Assembly: GCA_964016885.1 (NCBI GenBank)
Contig: OZ024746.1
Coordinates: 9,176,001 to 9,240,000 of the forward strand
Direction of reading: 5' to 3'
Length of the DNA: 64,000 nt
DNA from: Eledone cirrhosa
Lineage: Eukaryota
In this document: piece by piece, positions 57,356 to 64,000 of the stretch
How the letters are laid out: each line of letters opens with the position of its first letter
How positions within the stretch are numbered: the first letter of the stretch is position 1
Notes under the pieces: generated by a model
What the model was told of the DNA's origin: nothing
The model's database searches: none
What the model saw: the letters and a program-made list of their open reading frames with translations, nothing else
Made by a program: the position numbers and the translations under genes

Positions 57356-57707
57356 ACAGATGAGGAAGAGGCATATTGAGTATCGAGGAAGAGGCATTCC
57401 TATTTTTAGACAAGTAAATACAAATTGTGCTTTGTTATAAATCTAATTATCCAAATCTACACACATTTCGTTCCGGCATATTATACCTCGTGAGCGTAGA
57501 GTGCTTAAGTCGTAAATAATTATATTATATTCAGTTAGCTCATAACGTAGGAAAGATTGATATTCACTCCTGTCATTAAATATGCATTCTCTAAAAAAAT
57601 AAAGGAAGTGGGCAAAGCGCTAATGTAGCTAATGCGAATATAAATGAAGAATTAAATGTATATATTAACTTGAACGATTATATATTTCTTTGACTATAGA
57701 CTCCACT

Positions 57708-57780
57708 CTACGAGTTCATAGGCTAACCAAGTTACTCTCATGATTTGACCAAATGAGGTTTATTTTTCAACATAGTGCCT
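57708..57780 (+). mobile_element. Possible mariner terminal fragment
   Basis: TACGAG..TTCATAGGCT..CCAAATGAGGTTTATTTTTCAACATAGT resembles mariner ends as recalled; not verified. Confidence 0.4.
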
Positions 57781-57828
57781 GGAAAGAAGCAAGCAGTTAT
57801 TTAGGAAATGTGTTGAATTAACGTTGAA

Positions 57829-58020
57829 ATAATTGTTTCTACTGTTGGCACAAGGCCAGCAATTATTCCAGTGTATTACTGGTACTTTATTTTATCGACC
57901 CCGTAAGGATAAAATGCATAGTTAACCTCGGCTGGATTTAACCTCAAACCATAAAGGGCCGTAACTCTTTGCTGCAAAGCATGGCTTCCGAGCCTCTACC
58001 TATACTGCCAATCCACCGCC
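57829..58020 (-). mobile_element. SINE (main family)
   Basis: TSD ATTAACGTT(G/A)AAATAAT. Confidence 0.9.
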
Positions 58021-58302
58021 CTATCCAACGCCCTATTAACGTTAAAATAATGCATGCCAAATTTCACAGCCTTAGCATTACTCCTTCATAGTCAGACTAT
58101 ATAACATTAAGCCCACCCACGTAGTTCTTTCTGAGACTGATGCAATTTTATTAAAGACAACCTCGTCTTAAAGTTCATGAACATAATCTATTTAATTAAT
58201 GATGTAGTACTATGTTATATCTATCAAAGTCGACTCTCAGCAGACATACCTGATTAAATATATATGAAAAACTTATTGTAACAAAACATTATGATATATT
58301 TA

Positions 58303-58474
58303 TGGCAGTGGATTGGCAGTATCAGTAGAGGGACGGACGCCATGCTTTCCAGTATAGTTACGTCCCTTTACGATCTGAGTTCAAATCCCGCCGAGGTTGA
58401 CTTTGCCTTTCATCCTTACGAGGTCGATAAAATAAAGTACCCCTAATACACTGTGCCTAAAGTAGAAACAATTA
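58303..58474 (+). mobile_element. SINE (main family) with a 3' internal deletion
   Basis: TSD ATATATTTATG. Confidence 0.88.
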
Positions 58475-58972
58475 TATATTTATGAGAAAAATAAATATTT
58501 TTGGCATGCTTTTCTTACCCCATGTTGAGAAAAAAAATGAACTTCACCGGAATAGCCCATAAAGATACGCCCACTGTAGACAAACTTAAACGAACTTCAC
58601 CAACAAGAACCTTGCATTTGGTGTGGAATACTGTGGTAAGGGAAATCAGCGTCAATCTGTTTTGGTAATGCATCGGTAACTTCGATAGCGTATGTTATGT
58701 TTTGCCTGGCACGTGGCACACTGCGAACCAGTACAGATTACTTAATCAGGAAGAGGTCAAGTGGTAGGTTCTCTTTTAACATTTAATTCACATGAAGGGC
58801 AGAAGAATTGGAAATTAGAACGCGAGGAAATGGAATAATTTTTGTGATGCTATATGCTGGAGTGTCTAAACTGAACAGTTAAGGTCGAAAATACTTGCTT
58901 CAATGGAATTTATTCCATGAAGACCTGCTGTCCAGCTCTCCTGAGAGCTTCTTATCACTTTCTATATTTATA

Positions 58973-59028
<56 letters not shown>

Positions 59029-59074
59029 CGCTTTCATACGGTTGTTCTTCCTGTTCCGTTTAACCATGAACAGT

Positions 59075-59114
59075 CCGAGCTGAAGATCCGCTAAGGTGAA
59101 ACAATTGTTCTCGG
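59075..59114 (+). ncRNA. Minimal type I hammerhead
   Basis: ccgag-CTGAAGA-t-cc-gctaa-gg-t-GAAA-caattg-TT-ctcgg; palindromic stem III AACAATTGTT. Confidence 0.88.
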
Positions 59115-59160
59115 TATGTTGAACTAACTCTTGTGTTACTACTTCTATATGTATATATAT

Positions 59161-59197
<37 letters not shown>

Positions 59198-59239
59198 GGA
59201 GAGAGCAGGGGGGATAGATAGATGGAAAATTATTTTTTT

Positions 59240-59335
59240 GACTGCGGCGCCAAGCAGTTTCGGCTTGTGTGTTCAGCAAGCCTTCCTGGGGGTGTAATAC
59301 ACACAAGCCAAAACCGCCTGGTGCTGTGGTCGGGA
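59240..59335. mobile_element. Fold-back HHR remnant
   Basis: Minus strand ggcttg..caagcc-GAAA-ctgc..gcag-TC is mirrored by plus caagcc-AAAA-ccgc..gtgg-TC-ggg. Confidence 0.55.
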
Positions 59336-60219
59336 CTTTACTCATCCCTATATCCACTCTACATATCCCTATAAATTGAGTACTCCCATGATTAGTGGGC
59401 TCCTCAGTCTCAGCACCGCATACTTTACACATGCACACACACACACAGATATATATATATGTAGGTGTATCTGTTATAGTTATATACACACAAATATGCT
59501 GGAATTTTCCACTATATAAAAAGTAATACTATATCCAAAACTATTATATATCAGTGTTGGTTGTTGTTTTATTCCTCCACAATTAAGAAAATAATCTTTT
59601 TATCTATAATTTGTTTTAAAGAAATAGAGATGTTATCGCCGTCAATTTGTGTATATGAAATTATCTTTGAGTCTTCGGAGAGAATATTTTCAAAGCTCTA
59701 ATGAGCTAGTAGATGTGTATGTTATACAATTTCCCATGGTTGTATATGGAAACGAATACAGTATTTTCTACATATATTTTTTATTCCATTCTTTGTTCTT
59801 TGGAATATTAAATAAATTTTAACATTAATACTATTTTATGTCTTTGATGTTGATTATATATATTTTGTGTTGTTTGTTTTATTTTTCAGAACGCATTCAA
59901 TTAAAGAGTTGATTCTATTGTCTACTGGTTAGGTTTGGCTAATTGGTGTTCAATTTAAACATTAGGCATTTTTGATCACTACGAAATTCGCCTACAGCAA
60001 ATTGTATAGCAGTTTCAACTATTTAGATATTGTGTTAAAAGTTGAAATTACGTCTTAGATAAATTTGCACAAATATATCATAAATTGGGTAAGTTAAAGT
60101 CTTCGCTAAAGAATTAGTTATATATACGCACATGTGCCATTTTTTTTCGCAGTTTTTCCACCCGTTCCTTGCTCTTTTTACTCTTTATCTTTGTATTTCA
60201 TCTTTTAATTATCATTCTA

Positions 60220-60255
60220 TCTTCTGATGAAGGATCAGTTTCCGAAACATTAAGA
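60220..60255 (+). ncRNA. Minimal hammerhead (family D)
   Basis: tctt-CTGATGA-a-gga-tcagtt-tcc-GAAA-ca-TT-aaga. Confidence 0.75.
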
Positions 60256-60313
60256 GGCTTTTCCTGTTTTTTTAGGCGTTAAACTAATATGATTCTTCGT
60301 TGTAATGTGTCGT

Positions 60314-60416
<103 letters not shown>

Positions 60417-60425
60417 CGTGCCCGA

Positions 60426-60427
<2 letters not shown>

Positions 60428-60484
<57 letters not shown>

Positions 60485-60619
60485 GTATATATATATATGT
60501 ATATATATGTATATATATATATATGTATATATATATTTGCATATATATATATGTATATATATATGTATATATATATATGTATATATATGTGTATATATAT
60601 ACACATGTATATGTATATG

Positions 60620-60650
<31 letters not shown>

Positions 60651-60732
60651 GTATAAATATATATATATATATATATATGTATATAAATATATGTATATAT
60701 ATGTATATATATATATGTATATATATGTATAT

Positions 60733-60781
<49 letters not shown>

Positions 60782-60992
60782 GATATATGTGTATATATAT
60801 ATGTATATATATATATGTATATATATATATATACGTATATATATATATGTATATATATATGTATATATATATATATGTATATATATATTTACATATATAT
60901 ATATGTATATATATATATGTATTATATATATATATATGTATATATATATATGTATATATATATATATGTATATATGTATGTATATATATATG

Positions 60993-61023
<31 letters not shown>
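60428..61023. repeat. Long TA-rich compound microsatellite, preceded by (TTC)n at 60316-60411
   Basis: Direct inspection. Confidence 0.97.
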
Positions 61024-61541
61024 CTACACCTCTCACAACACACACACCCACATACCCACCCACTCGAAACCCCATCATTTGCCGCTACTCTCTACGCTAT
61101 AGAATATGTACGGATAGTGGCTGCAAATTCACCCATTTACCTAGGACAAAACGATCTATCCCCACAAACAGCCACCACCATAATACATACTCTAATTTAA
61201 CACCAACACAACCACCAATAACTCAAACAAGGAATCCACAAATCTGCCGCTTTTCCCTGCGAGACAGATTGTGTTTAGACCGGGATTGTCCCTTTACCCA
61301 TCTCCCGGGGACCCGTCGGACAAATGAAAATAAAATTAAAAATAAAAGCAAAAACAAAAACCATAACCTACATAAAAATAACCACTACCACAGTTACCAA
61401 CAGTCTTCTAAACAGGAAACTTCTTCCTCTTTTTTAGCCATAATGAATCTGGCAAAAGAACTGGAAAAAAACATTCGAGCTATCACCCAGCACCACCCTC
61501 CACTATCACCCCACTGCACAAACTCCCATTGCTGCCATTAA
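61023..61541 (+). CDS. CR1-type LINE ORF1 C-terminal part with two CCCH zinc fingers (5'-truncated)
   Basis: [19 protein letters not shown] and [19 protein letters not shown] (Cx8Cx4Cx3H). Confidence 0.8.
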
Positions 61542-64000
61542 CAAACAAACAAATTAACAACACACCAAAACAATTAAAACCATCCACTCTCGCCTCTACA
61601 TTTTTGCTTAACGCCCAAGGCATCAGCCCTTCCACCAATACTCAAAAATGGAAGATCAAATTCCTGGAGGACTGGATTGATGTCCATCCAAACCACATCC
61701 CTTTCTTCGTCCTCACTGAAACCCATCTCAGTAACCTCCACTTGGAAGCCGAGGTGAAAGTGAAAAATTTCAAAGCCATCCGTGCTGATCGCGCTGGCAG
61801 AAGAAAGGGCGGAACTGCCATTTATGTCCATAATTCTTTCTCAACAGAGGCTATGAACATATTCACTAATGGATACTGTGAAGCAGTCACTGTATTCAGT
61901 CAAACCAACAACCTATTAGTAGTTGGGCTCTATAGGCCACCCCAAACGCCTGTACCATGCTTCAAGGAATGCCTCAACAGCATAAAGTGTTTCATCCAAG
62001 AGTGTCACCCTGACAACATCTTAATGATGGGGGACTTCAACCTCCCCGGAGTTGACTGGTCCACAAACAGCCTGCCACCAGGTTCTTCTGCCTCAACCTC
62101 TGACAGGGAAGCTGTGGAATCGCTTCTTGACTTCATGGATGATTTCTTCCTATCCCAACTGGTGCTCGAACCAACGAGGTGCCACAAAAACGTCCTAGAC
62201 TTAATTTTCAGCAATCACACTGACAATATCCACAATATTGCAGTGGAGAAAACTCTACTCTCTGATCATGACATGGTTCTCTGTGATCTGAGATTCCACC
62301 GTCCAATATACAAACCCAATGTCATCTCTCCTGTCCATCCGTTTGACGCTATGGATTTCCACAATGCAAACTGGGAAGCGATCAGTCATGATCTTGCACA
62401 TGTCGACTGGTCCTTCACGCACACTCATACACCCACTAACATCAAAAAGTCCTGGCAGACATTTGTGGACACTGTTACAAACATATGTGCTAAACACACC
62501 CCATTAAGAACTATAAACAAATCTAAGAGCAGAATCCCTAGAAATAGAAAAACGCTCATCAGAAAAATTAAGAGAACGAACAAAAAAATCAACAAGCTGA
62601 AATACTGTCAGCAGCAACACATCAACTTGACTGCCATTTCATCACTAGAGATTAAAAAACATAACCTCCAAAACAACATAATGTCCCTCATCAACAATCA
62701 GAGAAGAGCTGAAGAGGCCTGGGCCATTGAGAAGATCAAACTCAATCCCAAAGTGTTCTTTTCATTTGCAAAAAAACACAAAATCACTGGCTCTACTGTT
62801 GGCCCTCTAATTGATGAAAATGGCACTCTTCAAGACAATGCTAAAACCATGAGTGAGATACTGCAGAAACAATACTGCTCTGTTTTCAGCAATCCTGATA
62901 TGGTCGATCTGGGCTGTATCGGCGATGTTACTCCCCATTACACCTTATCGAACATAACGTTTGGCGCCCCTGATGTCTTGGCGGAAATAAAGGAAATCAA
63001 GCATAATTCAGCAGTAGGTCCCGATAGGTTTCCTGCTTGTGTCTTGAAGGCGTGTCAACACCAACTTGCATCTCCTCTTGCCAATCTGTGGCGGAACTCA
63101 CTGGATGCTGGATATGTGCCAGAAAACCTTCTATCCCAGTCTGTTGTCCCAGTTTTCAAAAAGGGAAACAAATCCCTTGCCGTGAATTACCGTCCAATCT
63201 CACTCACCTCTCATATCATTAAGGTATTTGAGAGAGTGGTGAGATCGCGAATGACCCACTTCCTTGAGAGTAACAATATGCTGAACTCCAACCAGCATGG
63301 ATTCCGTAATGGAAGGGATTGCCTGACGCAGCTACTGCATCACTTTGATGACATTTTGAGAGCCTTGGGAGAGGGTTCCAACACTGATGTTATCTACCTT
63401 GATTTCAGCAAGGCCTTTGACAGGGTTGATCATAACATTCTACTGAGAAAGCTGTCCACTATTGGTGTCATTGGAAAGCTGCTGCAGTGGATCAAGAGCT
63501 TCCTGTCAAACAGAACCCAACATGTTGTAGTTGAGGGAGTCAAATCAAGCCCAGCCAAAGTCAGTAGTGGGGTCCCACAAGGCACTGCGTTGGGCCCACT
63601 TCTCTTCATCATCTATATTAATGACATCACTGACATCATCAAACACAGCAACATTAAAATTTTCGCTGATGATTCCAAGCTCCAAAAGGTCATCAATGGC
63701 GTGGATGACCGGATAAGCCTTCAGTCAGACCTACTGGCTGTTACCCAATGGGCAGTAAAGAACAACATGTTACTGAACGAAGACAAATTCGAACTGATCC
63801 ACTTTGGAAAAGAGGATGCTCTGAAACTCCCGTACTCCCTTCCCTCCGGGGAAACTCTCCTGGCATCTAACAACATCAGAGACTTGGAAGTAACCGTGGA
63901 CAGCAACATAAGCTGGACCACGCATATAAGCAGCAAAGTTGACATGGCCCGCAGAATGTGTTCCTGGATCCTCAGAACCTTCCAGTCGAGAGATTCCCGC
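61412..64000 (+). CDS. CR1-type LINE ORF2: APE endonuclease + reverse transcriptase, uninterrupted and running off the window
   Basis: Manual translation: LNAQG, LTETHL, RADR..KGG, LYRPP, GDFN, LDL, SDH; [31 protein letters not shown]. No stop from 61412 to the end; absent from the ORF track, probably because it has no stop in the window. Confidence 0.95.

Noticed and set aside
59890-59927. Possible 38-nt micro-exon (TTTTTCAG...GTTAGG)
   Set aside because: Splice-like signals alone are common in AT-rich DNA; no partner exons or homology

Overview
AT-rich, microsatellite-saturated animal genomic DNA. The SINE/LINE families resemble those of octopus-like cephalopods (inferred from repeat motifs, not verified). 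No host protein-coding exon is convincingly supported, and almost all listed ORFs are microsatellite artefacts. Real coding content is retroelement-derived: an apparently intact CR1-type LINE ORF2 (APE+RT) running off the right edge, preceded by a CCCH zinc-finger ORF1 overlapping in the -1 frame; two or three Penelope-like (Naiad-type GIY-YIG) relics; and RTE, CR1 and RLE (R4/Dong-like) fragments. About 15 copies of one tRNA-derived SINE show an ATTAT target preference. The main unannotated signal is about 30 type I hammerhead ribozyme (HHR) motifs, intact, degenerate or half-deleted, in short non-coding elements from many families, mostly in or beside (TA)n tracts. Two have retrozyme-like partial-tandem structure (425 and 555 nt units). 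Many are fold-back palindromes whose axis lies in HHR stem II, which removes the catalytic CUGANGA. Motifs were found by eye; coordinates may be off by a few nt.
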